Below, in pieces: positions 35,552 to 47,765 of a stretch of DNA of 64,000 bases (within the stretch, counting starts at the first letter, position 1; every line of letters begins with the position of its first letter). Source of the DNA: Patellaria atrata CBS 101060 (Eukaryota); NCBI GenBank assembly GCA_010093705.1, contig MU006096.1, positions 642,004-706,003 of the forward strand. The letters are read 5' to 3'. The notes below the pieces were generated by a model, which had not been told where the DNA came from, searched no databases, and worked only from the letters and a program-made list of their open reading frames with translations. The translations under genes and the position numbers were made by a program.

Positions 35552-38500
35552 ATGGCTCCAATAACACGACGGTCTCAGTCGCTGCGCACGTCGGCTCCCG
35601 TCCTGGCAGAGGTATGTTTCTTTTGTAATCATTTGTAGGACAACTTATCTCGACGGCTATTCTATCATTCCTTTATGCACATTCTAACTGCTCATAGCGA
35701 TTGGGTCACCGAGAAGAAAGCTGGGAACATCTCAATGTAAATGTGTTCGCCTTGATTTTCGGAGAAAGCTTCTGACAAAACCTAGACGAACGGAATATCT
35801 AATGATACAATGGCATCGAACAGAGGTAGTTTTCAGATTATAATCATTAGCAGCTTAAGATCGCGCTAACATGCTGTCCTGTAGGTCAAAGGACAGCCTC
35901 CCTTAACGGTCATGATGCAGAAGACGACCAGCTACATCCTTTGCGACATTTAGCAGACCGAGTTGGATCGCAAGTGGACGACTTTGCTAAGCGGGTTGAC
36001 GTCTGGTACAATCAAGCGATAAATGATAAGAAGAATGGTGGTTCAGAATTGGATACATATAATCGAGTCCTATCGCTAGTAGATGAGTTTAAGACAATAT
36101 CAGACAACACCGTACAGAGACTGAGCAAGAAGCATCGGTTCGATCACGAAAAGAGTCAGAAAGCCGCTCTACACGAGAAAATCAAGGGACTCGAGGACTC
36201 TGCCACTCATGGAATCAACTCCCGCGGCGAGTTGGGCGTTGTCCAGTCCGCGACGTCAACGTCAACCTCAGTGCAAGACCTCACACAATGGCAAGCTGAA
36301 GCTGATACGTGGGATCTCTTTCGTACATTGCTGGATTTTCACCGTCATCCTACAGAGAGTAAAACGGCGAAAGAAAAGAGAGACCGCCTCCAACAATTAA
36401 GCGCACTGCACCAATATACACCACCTGGAGAGATATGGGAGCGCTATATTCTCGAAAGTGACAATGCAAGAGAGCGAAATCTGATACTACGATGGCTAGA
36501 GAAGACGGCGGATCGGACGGAAAGTGACATATCCTCCATCGTTGACCAACTCGAGTCTCAATCAGGCAAAGGGAAAGGACTGTGGCAGATGGGATGGCTT
36601 GATACAAGGGAGAAGATAAAGGCACAGAAGAGAATGCGACCTTGGAATAGCTCCCGTGGTACTGATGAACTCTTACTCAGAAGTTCTACAAACTCGAACA
36701 ATATAGTGACCCAGCTGGACCCTGATGCGCCATCGAGGCAGAAGAAATCTTTAGAAAGGGCTGACGAATACCACGAAAAAGCAATATGGCTGACATGTTG
36801 GGAGATGTTGCGACGAGGAAAGTCTATCAAAGAGATCCACGAGTGGTTTGAAGAACAAACTGAAGGTTGGCGGGCTCTTAGCATGGGCATGTCTTTCCCA
36901 CAACAGGACCTTCATATGTGCGTGTCAGACATTAAAAGCGGAGGATTATGGCGCCGAATATGCCTAGCGGCCGCAGAAGCATCAACTAATCAGTATGAAA
37001 AAGCTGTCTATGGTCTTCTTAGTGGAGATATCAGCACAGTAGAACCCGTCTGTCGAACTTGGGACGATTATCTTTTCGTCCGCCTCAACTCCTTACTGTT
37101 GAGCGAATTCGATCACTACCTCCAAGAAAGGTTCCCTCAAAGGATCCCATCGAGTCTGAAGCGTAAGTTTGGCTTAACGGATGCCATCCAAATTCACGGC
37201 GAACGTTCCGTCGCGAATCGCAACGTTATTCAGTTCGTGGATAGAACCGTGAAATCCAAAGACGGAGCCATTAACCCAATCAAGGTGATCCAGGGGAGTC
37301 TTATTGCCGGAACCTTTGAGGAATTTGCTCGCAAACTCGGCATTGCGTTGGCGAAAAAGGCAAATGCAGGCGAAATCAAATCGAAGTTAATCCAGGACTG
37401 CGAGGAACCCGTTGACGAAGAGTATATGAGCATAGCGCACGATTACGACGCTCTTCGCATGGTCGCTCACATTCTTATAATCTATATGGGATTGGGCATG
37501 CGAATTGATGGTCCTAATAGCTATCTTTACGAGAACGTACTTGTCGGATATATTGACTACCTCAGACTATCTGGGAAGATTGAAGTTTACCCTACATACG
37601 CAGCGTTGCTCCCCGTTACCCGCTGCTATTCTACCATTGCTCGTGTTCTACCTGATATTCGAGCAACCCATGAGCAGAGACGTCAGATCAGACTACTCAA
37701 AATGCTGGGCCTTCACCCGATTCCTATACTTTTCGCGCAATGCTCCTTCATTTTTCACGAATCAGACTTTAAGCTTCTTCCAAATGCAAAGAGCTATCTC
37801 AGACACCTCTCTCTTCTTGAGCCTACGGCCCAAAAAATCTGGCCTCAATCTAGGCTTCGAGAAGACTTAGAAAGAGGGCTTCTTGATACACCACTTTCTC
37901 CTAGTGAATTGGGAGTTGTCCGTGCCGCTGGATGGTTTATGTTAATACCGGGAGAGTTCGAGGAAACATTTTTAATCTTGAGTACTGTTTTGCAAAATCT
38001 ATTGGGTAAGTCGTGTCCATCACCCACCTATCCTCCACGCACTAACATATGTCTCAAGTAAAGGGCCGCATCTCCGCAGCTCGTGCTCTATGCGAAAAGG
38101 TTCCTTTCAAGGATATCTCTCTCGTGAAGACCCCTAACGTACTTGGGCGCGCCATTCACATCATGGAAGATGCCCATGAAGATGATGAGGAGGAAGTATA
38201 TGAGCCGCGACGATCAACACGTTCTGGGTCGAGGCGACCCTCACCTTTACGACGACCGTCTACAACAGATCAACAGAACGAGAAATTGCTCATCCGTCGA
38301 TTACAAGAGATTGCTCGTCCCTATTATGATTTGCAACAATTAGTGAACGCAATAGAAGCGTTGAACGAGTGGAACAAAGTGGAGCGAGAAACAATTGCGT
38401 AAGTGTGATTGCAAAACTAAACGTAACGTCATTACCGTGACAAGCCTTTACTAATATTGTCCAGGAAGCGTAATGAAGCCGTGAAGAACCCGGAAGAGAG

Positions 38501-38942
38501 CAGGAAACGACAAGATAAGTCTCGTCTTAAGAGGGCTTTCGAACATGTCCAATCGGCTATGGAACCTCTCTTTAGAGATTTTCTCACTCACGCCGAAGAT
38601 CTCTGGCAAAAGGATATCTTCAACAAGATCAAATGTGCATATCTTCCAGAATTGATCTTGGCTTTCGACAGCGTGATTCACAGCAGCGCGCAATTTCTAG
38701 GTCGTGACCAGCTCCTCATCGCCATGGATTTAGCCACCGCTATCGCCGATGAGGAAAACGCACCACTCGCTGATTGTTTCGTCGAGAGTAAACGTATGGG
38801 AGAGCTTGTTGCCGCCTTTGCCGAGAACAGTCTAGCAATGCTCGAATATAATGAAGGGGAGGAGCAAAGGAGAGGACCGAAGAAGAAGAGAGGCTGGGCT
38901 GGCCAAACTATTGGGATCTGGAATCTGGGGGTTTCAAACTAG
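35552..38942 (+). CDS. NUP84: Nucleoporin Nup84/Nup107
   Basis: Three small 5' exons (35552-35611, 35698-35736, 35786-35825) splice in frame into the long exon. Motifs WQAEADTWDL, TQLDPDAPSRQ, WEMLRRG, YEKAVYGLLSGD, CRTWDDYLF, YLPELILA. Confidence 0.92.
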
Positions 38943-39531
38943 TACTTTGATTGATTTCTAAACTTTTATCCCTTTTCGTAACCGTAAATGGTTCTCTTCC
39001 GGTGGCGCAAGAAGTAAATAATTGGGTTCAATATGTGTTCAATAGGGATTAGGACATCGATCGTGAGCTCTCTTTAACGATTCAAGTATGTTCTCGTCGA
39101 CTATTTAGAGTCAGCAAAGTCTTGCGTCAATTATCTTTCTTAAATCAAAATACACACCGTTTCGGTTGCATGTTACCTGTCCAGTTACCCCTATCTTGCA
39201 ATTTCTATGCTTCCGTACCTCAGGGATTCACGTGATAAAGTCATACCTGACATGGTTACATTATGCTTGGTGTATTCATACAAGAAGGTCATGAGCACCT
39301 GTACATATACACGTGGTCATTTTTTCCTGCCGATTTATGATACGTCATTCCTTTCAAACCTAGGCTCCTGTGTTTACAATCAACAAAGCTCGCACATCCT
39401 ACCTAATTTTGCCCACCTCACTTGTCATTTCCAGTCTCCATCCTAATAGATCATCCACAATCACAATCACATAGATTCTTCTCCCACATAGTCAAATCTA
39501 TCCCATAATCTTCAGGAGCAGTCTCGCAACG

Positions 39532-41535
39532 ATGAGTTACCCACCAAATATAGACGCAATGCGGCTCGGGCGCCTCTCAGCTCTCCTCGAGGATATGAAG
39601 CAAACTGTACTCCAACTGCACGACGAGTTCCATGACTTGACGCAGGAAAACTGGCAGCACATTTTGGACGGTCTCTTCCCCGCTAACGCTTCACTTAACA
39701 CGTCTGCCCACGCGAGACCTGCACCTACAAACGCAGAGACGCAAAAGCGTTTGGTCACGCTGCCTCGCCTAAATATCAATCTTTCACAACAAAATCTGGT
39801 GCCTACCTTTCCTACCAGCAACTCTCCACCGCGAGTTGGAGAACCTACATCCACAAGTCCGTGGCTGGAGCCTGAGTTCACATCGATTAACACGCCATCG
39901 AAGCGAGTGAGAGAGGTTACGCTTGAGCAAGAAGCTACACCGACGAAGACCAAGTCGAGACTTTCAATCAGGCCTGCTGGCACACAGAAGGCAACTCCAA
40001 AACGAACTCCAAGGCACCAATCAACGTCATCACAGAAGACCACGCCCAAGCAAGCTTGGAAACAGACTTTGCAAGACTACATCGCACCTACTCAGAATCA
40101 TACCCCGAACATCGCATCTACACAACCCACTACACCTCAAACATCACCCGTGCGTTCAACCACCTCTGACCCAGAAGTTCCATCGACAACAAGGAATAAA
40201 CGCGTGAGGATTGACTACGCAATTGTAGAACGTCAAGAGATCAAAAATATTCTAGCTTCCACAATCGACGATCCCTTTGTTCTCTTAGACGAGTCAAAAC
40301 TTCCCGTCCGTCCACTCCAACTCGGTGTCTGGGGCCCCGTGAGCACCAAAACCATAATGAACAGACCCTTCGGCCGCGGCCCGGTCATCCGGGGCGTCAA
40401 GGAAGGCCCGATGCCGCTCAAACCTGCTGAAGAAGTGCCGAAGGCGGTGGGAAAGAAGCGGGAGCGTCGTCGTACTCTGGATGGCACTGATGATAACGGT
40501 GAAAGTTCCGCACAAGCTACGAAGAAAAAGACCCCCGAGGCACAAATGATCACCGATAAACCATCTCTCAGCACCCCTCCTGCGCAAAGCGCACCAGAGG
40601 TAGTCACAGCCGAGATGGAGCGCGAAGCGAAGCGCAAAGCTGATCTGCGCGCACGCCATCCCGATCTCTACGCCGCGTCACCGATCAAGAAACGTCGCAA
40701 GGACGAAGGCCTCGAAGGTTCCCCTGTGAATACCCTCATGGGTACCATGGCTACCACGCAGCCACCACCAACACCTTCCAGCAAGACCCTCACAGTCCCT
40801 CCGCGCGTCTCCCACAGCATGCCCATCCCGGCCGACGCGTCCATTCCAAAGACGCCCACAAGGGACCTCACGACCTCGGTTGCGCAGCCAAAACCCGCAA
40901 CTCAGATCCACCAGCTGCTAAGCAGCATCCCGAAATCCCGTCAGCGAGATACCCAGTCCGTTGCCCAAGGCACCACAGCGGGTAGTACACCCACACGCCC
41001 AGACAAAGGGACTCAGACACACATGCTTTCTCCCGGCGGCACCGCGGCTCAATACCCCGCAAGTATGTCCCCGACATCCTCCTCCCAGTGGGGAGTGACA
41101 GATTCCAGTCCCGCGACACCAACCGTACACACATACCTCGACACCTCCACCTTTCCGCCGTCCCGCTCCCTCCTCGCCGGCCTCCTCGGCTCCACCGCAC
41201 ACGCCCGTCCCGCGTCCCGTCCTGCTGTCCCGTTGTCCGCCGCGCCGTGGAACCCGCGTGGGCCTTCCCTCCCGGCGGTTCCGACGACCAATGTGGGTGC
41301 ACGGCAAAGCGGCCAGAGTAGACGAGAACAGGGAAGCGAGGAGGGGTTGGGAGAGAGGGATGCGGGCCGCGAGGCGAGCGCGAGCTGTGGCTACGCCACG
41401 GAGAGCGAGGGGGGGGATACGGGGGATGTGGATGGTTGGGAGGGAGGAATCGTTGTGCAAGTGGGACAGAGACGCGCGGTTTCGGTTATCAGTTTAGGGG
41501 GCTCGGAGAGTGGGAGTGAGGGGGACGGGGAATAG
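39532..41535 (+). CDS. Hypothetical low-complexity Pro/Thr/Ser-rich protein with NLS-like motifs
   Basis: 667-aa uninterrupted ORF with basic clusters (KKRERRR, PIKKRRK). No recognisable domain. Confidence 0.6.
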   Translation: MSYPPNIDAMRLGRLSALLEDMKQTVLQLHDEFHDLTQENWQHILDGLFPANASLNTSAHARPAPTNAETQKRLVTLPRLNINLSQQNLVPTFPTSNSPPRVGEPTSTSPWLEPEFTSINTPSKRVREVTLEQEATPTKTKSRLSIRPAGTQKATPKRTPRHQSTSSQKTTPKQAWKQTLQDYIAPTQNHTPNIASTQPTTPQTSPVRSTTSDPEVPSTTRNKRVRIDYAIVERQEIKNILASTIDDPFVLLDESKLPVRPLQLGVWGPVSTKTIMNRPFGRGPVIRGVKEGPMPLKPAEEVPKAVGKKRERRRTLDGTDDNGESSAQATKKKTPEAQMITDKPSLSTPPAQSAPEVVTAEMEREAKRKADLRARHPDLYAASPIKKRRKDEGLEGSPVNTLMGTMATTQPPPTPSSKTLTVPPRVSHSMPIPADASIPKTPTRDLTTSVAQPKPATQIHQLLSSIPKSRQRDTQSVAQGTTAGSTPTRPDKGTQTHMLSPGGTAAQYPASMSPTSSSQWGVTDSSPATPTVHTYLDTSTFPPSRSLLAGLLGSTAHARPASRPAVPLSAAPWNPRGPSLPAVPTTNVGARQSGQSRREQGSEEGLGERDAGREASASCGYATESEGGDTGDVDGWEGGIVVQVGQRRAVSVISLGGSESGSEGDGE

Positions 41536-42561
41536 GGGTGTGCGGATGAGTGCTGATCTTGGGTTGGTGCGTGTGTGGGGATTCGCTGTCGGGGTTACTT
41601 AGGAGCGGAGAGTACGGGTGAGACGGGTGAGACGGGTGGGGAGGGGGTGAGGGAAAGGGGGCAAGGAGATGTTTGTAGTCATTACAATGATCCTTAGTTC
41701 TAGGGCTGCGGCTTTGTTCACTAGTAGGTGTGTGGAGAGATGGTATTGCTAGGTTCTGTCGGCTGGCGCTTTCCCGTCGCCTTACCGTAGATGCCCGTTG
41801 AGATGGTCGGATTGTTCGGTAGTACCAACCTGTGATATTTCGAAAGAGTACAGTGTGGAGACATTCGAGCGGAGAGTTGCTCGTGGTGTTTTCTGCCGTG
41901 TTGCTTTGAGGTGTGATGTGACTGTGACCCCCTTTTGCTTGGTGATACGATGCCAAGTGGATTGGGAGTTTTGGTACTAACTTTACTAGTTTGGTATTAT
42001 TATTGAGTGGATTCGGTTGTTCTATGATTGATTCTTACTAGTGCTAGTATAGTTGCTAGTGGGATTGGGGTTGGGATACTACTGTGTCTTGTTGGAACTG
42101 GTACCGGGTATTAGACTGATCAGACAGTTTAGTCTGGAAGCAAAAGTTAAGGTCAAAAAGTAACAGTAGAGTAATCAATTAAATCCAAATATATCGTACC
42201 CGGAACCAATTCTCAATCCTCAGTGACTACATCCCGAAATTCAGTGCCCGCTGCAATAAATCAATATACCAATACCCCAAGCACGGTTCTTCTTTCAAGA
42301 TCTGTGATGCGACGGCCAACGGGTGTAACTATATACAAGATAAGATAGCCAAGCACCCCCTGGACCGTTGTATGTCCTGATACTGTGTGTGATCCATTGT
42401 GTGCTCAGCTTCATTAAAACCTTAAAAATCCTGTGGGAGAAAAATAGGACAAAAGAGTACTGGCATGGATCTAGAACCGTATTCCTAAAGTAGAGTATAG
42501 TGGTATAGATCAGCCGTAAGATGGGGATGTTCTGGTTGAGCTTACTATTCTCTTTTTTGGG

Positions 42562-42925
42562 AGTATGGAGTACCTCTCGATAGTATGAAGTATGGAGTGC
42601 CTCTTGATAGTGCATGGTTCTGAGTGTTCTGCTGAGAAGTGGCTACAACCCCAAGGCTTGGGTAGCTAATCTAAGTGACTTGGGTCCACATAGAGATCTT
42701 GTTACTCTTTGAAAATCGAGTCTCTTTGAAGATCGAGAAATCTCTTCAGGGCTTAATGCATCGTTCGTGGGCGTCCCCACCGGCAGCCTGACATCAGCTT
42801 CTCTAAACTGGGGTATGCTTGTTGTTGAGGACTTGGTAGAGATTGTGATTTATAGAGGGGACTTGTAGCCTTATGCCTCTCACACGTGATTTTTGTAGAG
42901 GGGACTTGATAGTCTTATGCCTCTT
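42562..42925. repeat. Cluster of short local tandem duplications (27-bp, 17-bp and ~42-bp periods)
   Basis: AGTATGGAGTRCCTCTYGATAGT x2; CTCTTTGAARATCGAG x2; GTGATTT..TAGAGGGGACTTG(A)TAGYCTTATGCCTCT x2. Confidence 0.8.
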
Positions 42926-42949
42926 AAATTGAATGCCTGTATCTTGTTA

Positions 42950-44460
42950 GGACTTATAGCTTTTGTGACATAGACAAGCGATCTCTGGCTCTTCATTGGT
43001 GAAGAACTGGTCCAAGATGAAGCTGGAAGATCTGCATATTTCTAATCGCCAGTTCACGTAGTGGTGACCTCTCCCGGGAGACGGAGCGGAGTCAGTCCTG
43101 TTGGAGCACGCTATGCATTACCAACAATCTGGATGTATGATCCTTTGATATCTTCGGTGTTGAGGAGAACCAAGATGAGGATGTAGTTGTAGAAATTGAT
43201 CTCGATGCTTGTTTGTACGTCTGGTAATGGATGATAGTCTGAACGGGGGCAGCGGAGACCGGTGGCTCGACGGATACTTCGGAAACAGCACCTGGGTTCT
43301 TGGAGTCCCATGTCCATCTTCAATCATGGAGATGTTCAACGACCGTGTATAGGGATTTTAGAACTCCTTCGCTGGTGCCGTTGTGCTGCGACTCTGGTCT
43401 TTGTGAGATTGCGGCAAGGAGAACGGATAAATCCCCCAAGATATCTATTAGATAGCTGGTGAGTTTCTTACTAAGGGGGTCTTTAGCCCACGGAACAGTT
43501 TTCCAGCTATCGTCATTGATATCTGCAGCTGACTTCCTGGTAATAAGATCTCGGATAATCTGTCTAGGTAGTTTGTTAGTAAGTACACTCCTAGTGAAGA
43601 TTGATGCCATCGAATGTACAATGCCAAAGACGGTAGATAACACCAAAGGGCTTTCGAGATCTTGTTTGAGTTTGCGCCGAGCAGTGTTTAGCAAGCGTAC
43701 AGCAAACTAAGAGTGCCAAACATAGCAAGGCAAGAGATAAGGTAAGTTTAGGGGGCATCCATACGACCATGTTTAATGGTTCTAAACTGGGCGAAGTTTA
43801 CTTACGAGAGATAGCCTGCATGCATCGTAACACGATCGTGAAGGTTTTTCTTGGGAATATCCTGGGCCGCATTGTTTAAGTTTTTGTACAAGTTCGTCGT
43901 AGTACTTCCAACATTTGAAAGGTTTTATCCACTTCTTGTTCGAACTACCTTACTAAATTAGGTAATGTACCTAATGATAACTGACGAGATAGTCATCTCA
44001 CGCACCTCAAACATAGCCATGATCATCATTGAATTATAAGCGATGCGACTTCACCTTTGTCTTCCTTAACTCGTTGAACGTCAAGCAAAATTCAGCCTCT
44101 TAATAGAGCATGCAACCCTTGATAGTAATATCTGGCCGTTTGTGTCGGTTTCCAAAATGGGCCATTGCCAGTGCTTTTGCTGCGGTATGGGCTAATTAGG
44201 ATACAGTTCCCGAACAAGAAAGATCCATCCAAGGTCGTCCAAACGCTCCATAAATAGATCTGGTGAGCAGGAAGTAAACGGCAGTTATATCCTCGAATCC
44301 GGCTGGATCCAACTCCCGAGGAACAGAAGGTTCAGACATGTCCCGAACGGATAGATCGGTAGTATCATACGTAGTATAGCCGGCGCACTTGAAACCTGAC
44401 CTGGAGGACATGGACATCCTGCATCGTCAGTACTCTGCGCGTTCGCCATCTGCAGCTACT
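42950..44460 (-). pseudogene. Decayed Zn2Cys6 / fungal-specific transcription factor
   Basis: Remnants RSGFKCAGY (end of C6 cluster, with an upstream stop), ALAMAHFG, SWKTVPWAKDPLSK..YLIDIL and LEICRS lie in different frames with several in-frame stops. Confidence 0.65.
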
Positions 44461-45100
44461 AATCAGGATATATATGTAAGATTACTCAACAACTCCATTA
44501 CATACCACACTTGATATTTTTTACTGAAGATGTAACACATGCTCTGCTTTTCGGTACACCATCCATTTTCGCAATTTAAACTAGGACTTATGACTTTACA
44601 CAAAGAAACTAAATGATCGTTGGATTCCATATATCAAAGATTAAAGGCTTATATAGGCATTTGAGCATTATCGAGTAGAGTAGAAACATCACGTATCGTC
44701 TTTTAGTAGCCATCTTTAGAATAGAACCAAAACGAATGAAATGTTGACTACGCCAGTACGCCTTGACTTGTCCTAGGAAAGGGAGCATCCCGAGGGATGA
44801 AATCTATCTAATGATCCAGTCGTGATAAAGGCCGATATTAGTCTGTACACTCTGTACAGCTTATCTTAGTTGCTGAGACTCTCTACGAGATTTTCGTCTA
44901 TCACAACGCGTTTTGATGTATCTGACGCTTTCGGTCTAGAATTAACACGACGCCACGTACGATTCCATGAACTAATAAACCTACTACTATACCTTAGCTA
45001 ATTAGAACGTTTAAACCTTATAATCGCTTATTTGGTATTCCTCGAAAATTTATACCCGCTTTTTGTATAAGTAATCTATAATAACTTTAAAGTAATATAT

Positions 45101-45390
45101 TGTTACGGCCACAAGTTGTGAAAGGACGTAGATGGCGAGTGAGGGGAACCACTCGGGAGGACTGCGGACGAGAGTGAGTGACCAGAAGTCACGTGACCTG
45201 GTCGTTCGGTCGTTCGGTCGTTCGGTCGTAGGAGACGACCAAACGACCAACGAGAAATAGGACTGTGAAGAAGGAATACTTAAGGACGCTCCCTTACGCA
45301 TGTATTTAGAATCTTCGTAGTTCTTCTTACCAATAGATTTATCATCTACATTGAATGTTACGGTTTAGAACTTGATTTCGCCTTGTCACA
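45101..45390 (+). mobile_element. Possible solo LTR
   Basis: Begins TGTTAC and ends GTCACA, with an internal TACTTAAG TATA-like box and a GGTCGTTC tandem. Set in TpA-rich DNA. No matching target-site duplication. Confidence 0.4.
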
Positions 45391-45802
45391 CTGTTTTCAT
45401 ACAGTACGTTTTGTCTCATTATGAGCCTTACCCGCGAAGTCAAGGAGTCAGCAGGTTGTATCGTCAACTTGAAGTGCCGAACTCACACAAGTCTCCTATC
45501 ATTAACGAAACCTACCTTCGAGGTTGATCACGTTAGTGAGAAGCCTGGCGCGTTTCTAGACTTATTTTGTTCCGCCTTAATAAGTATTGACTCCCGTTGT
45601 AACATATATCTCAACTAAAATACTCCTATTTTATCTTAAGAGTAGTATTAAGAGGAAGCCCTTTTAAGCCTCTAGCTATTTTATTTAGAATATACTAACT
45701 AACGCGTGCTAGGCCTTCATTAGAACGCGTGTAATCAACTGTAAATAAATCTCTAGTCTGGCCACGTATATCATAATATACGGCACTAAATACGTGCTAC
45801 TC

Positions 45803-46015
45803 CACGTACGGCACGATGTACGGCCCGACATCCGACTCGACGTACGGCATGATGCATGTCCCCAGATACAGATACAGCCCCAAATACGGTATCAGATACG
45901 GTATCAGATACGGTACTATATACGTGCTGTAGACGGCCCTACGTACGGCCCAACTGACGGCACGGCAGACAGCCCTGCCTACCGATCGGCCACGACGTTC
46001 CTATGGGCCGTACGC
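45803..46015. repeat. Degenerate 12-bp-period minisatellite
   Basis: Units such as CACGTACGGCAC, GATGTACGGCCC, GACGTACGGCAT, CGGTATCAGATA x2 and GGCCCTACGTAC. Confidence 0.65.
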
Positions 46016-46657
46016 CCATCTTAAGAGATATAAAAGTCGACGAGGAGCTTGATACGCGGCATACGAGATAGTTTATAATTTTTGACGGAGATCTGACCAC
46101 GTTATAATTAATGTTTAGCGGTTAGGTCTATAGTAGGAGATTTTTGAAGGCTTTAATCTCGGTTCGGGAACTACTTGGGCGAGACTCGGAAGTGCTGACT
46201 GGACGTCCGTAGAACTCGTTCTACGCACTATTTGCAATTGTAAAGCAGCCTAAGTGCGTAAGACTAAATATATGCAGCCTTTTCCAGCCACCGTCGAAGT
46301 TATGTCCTATAACTGCAAGATGTTATCTGCACATAAGCATCCACTTACCGAGGTTCACGGACATCGCCAGTTGGCCAAGGGCACTTGATAGTGAGATGTA
46401 ATATCTACAGACTGCAATTTTGGGTACAATAACTGCGAAAATGTAATCAAACCGATACTTTGTAAGCCGAATCCGAAAAGCTTCTTTGTAGATTCATCAG
46501 TACGATCAGTAAACAGGGAAGTGCAAAATGTCCCCGTCGTATTCACAGAAGCATTATTAGAGTATGGATGTTTATATCTGGAATGCGTCCCACTCATACA
46601 TCGAAACTTCTACCATACGACAAAAGCCATCTACTAAACGGCAAAATCAATCGAACG

Positions 46658-47765
46658 ATGGCACTTCCAAAATCAAACGGGAAACTCGTCCTCATTACCG
46701 GAGTGAACGGGTATATCGCCGCGCAGACAGCACGGGCGTTTCTTGAAGCAGGATACTCCGTTCGAGGAACTGTTAGGTCCCATGGATCGAGCAAAGATCT
46801 TCTAGACGTCTTGAAACGATTCGCGGAGGATGGAAGATTGGAGATAGTCGAGGTCAAGGATATTACATTGCCCGGTGCTTTCGATGAAGCGGTGAAAGGT
46901 ACCGTACAGCTACGCACAACAGTATTTGAGAAGAAGCTCATTAACAGTACTAGGAGTGCATGCAATTGGCCACATGGCCTCTCCGGTCTCAATGAGCTTT
47001 ACCGATCCAGAACCAGTGATCAAGGCTGCGGTGGGAGGAACCAAATCGATCCTGGCATCCGCAAAGTCCAAAGCAGGCCCACAACTTAAGAGTGTTGTCG
47101 TAACCTCGTCTATCGTTGCAATACGTTCTCTAAAGAAGCCACCATATACATTAACAGAATCTGATTGGAATACCTTCTCGGAAGGAGAAGTTTCCAGATT
47201 AGGGTCAGCAGCCCCTGGACCTCAAATCTACTCCGCCAGCAAGACAGCAGCTGAGAGAGCTTTCTGGGAATTCAAAGATGTCGAAAGGCCCACATTTGAT
47301 ATGTCAGCTATCAATCCTGTTTTTGTTATTGGCCCAGCTTTGAAAGCACCTAGCAGCCCAGATAAGATCGGCGAGACACCAAAGCCAATATGGTACACTC
47401 TAACAGGACAGGAGATTCCGCCTCCTTTTGGAGGGACCAGTACTTTTGTCGATGTACGTGACGTCTCTAGGTTGATGGTATTTGCGGTCCAATATCCCGA
47501 AATAACTAGCGGTGAACGCTACATCGCTTGCGGAGGCCTAGCAGGAGAGCAGGCACAACGGGATATCTTGAGAGCACAGTATCCAGATCGACATCATATC
47601 ATCAAGATAGGGGAGCCTGGAAAGGGATATAGAGCCGATTATCGATTTCCGGAGGGAGTTGTTTCAATCGACAACAGTAAGGCGGTCAAAGCTACTGGGC
47701 AGGACTGGATTCCATATGACCAGAGCGTGATTGATACTGCAAAGTCATTCGAGCACCTTTTGTAG
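46658..47765 (+). CDS. NAD(P)-dependent epimerase/dehydratase family aldehyde reductase (GRE2/ARII-like)
   Basis: VLITGVNGYIAA, VRGTVRS, HMASPV, TSSIVA, YSASKTAAE, VDVRDV. Intron 46899-46953. Confidence 0.92.

Noticed and set aside
43760..43771. CATACGACCAT resembling the 5' end of fungal 5S rRNA
   Set aside because: The similarity stops after 11 nt; it coincides with a probable minus-strand splice donor.
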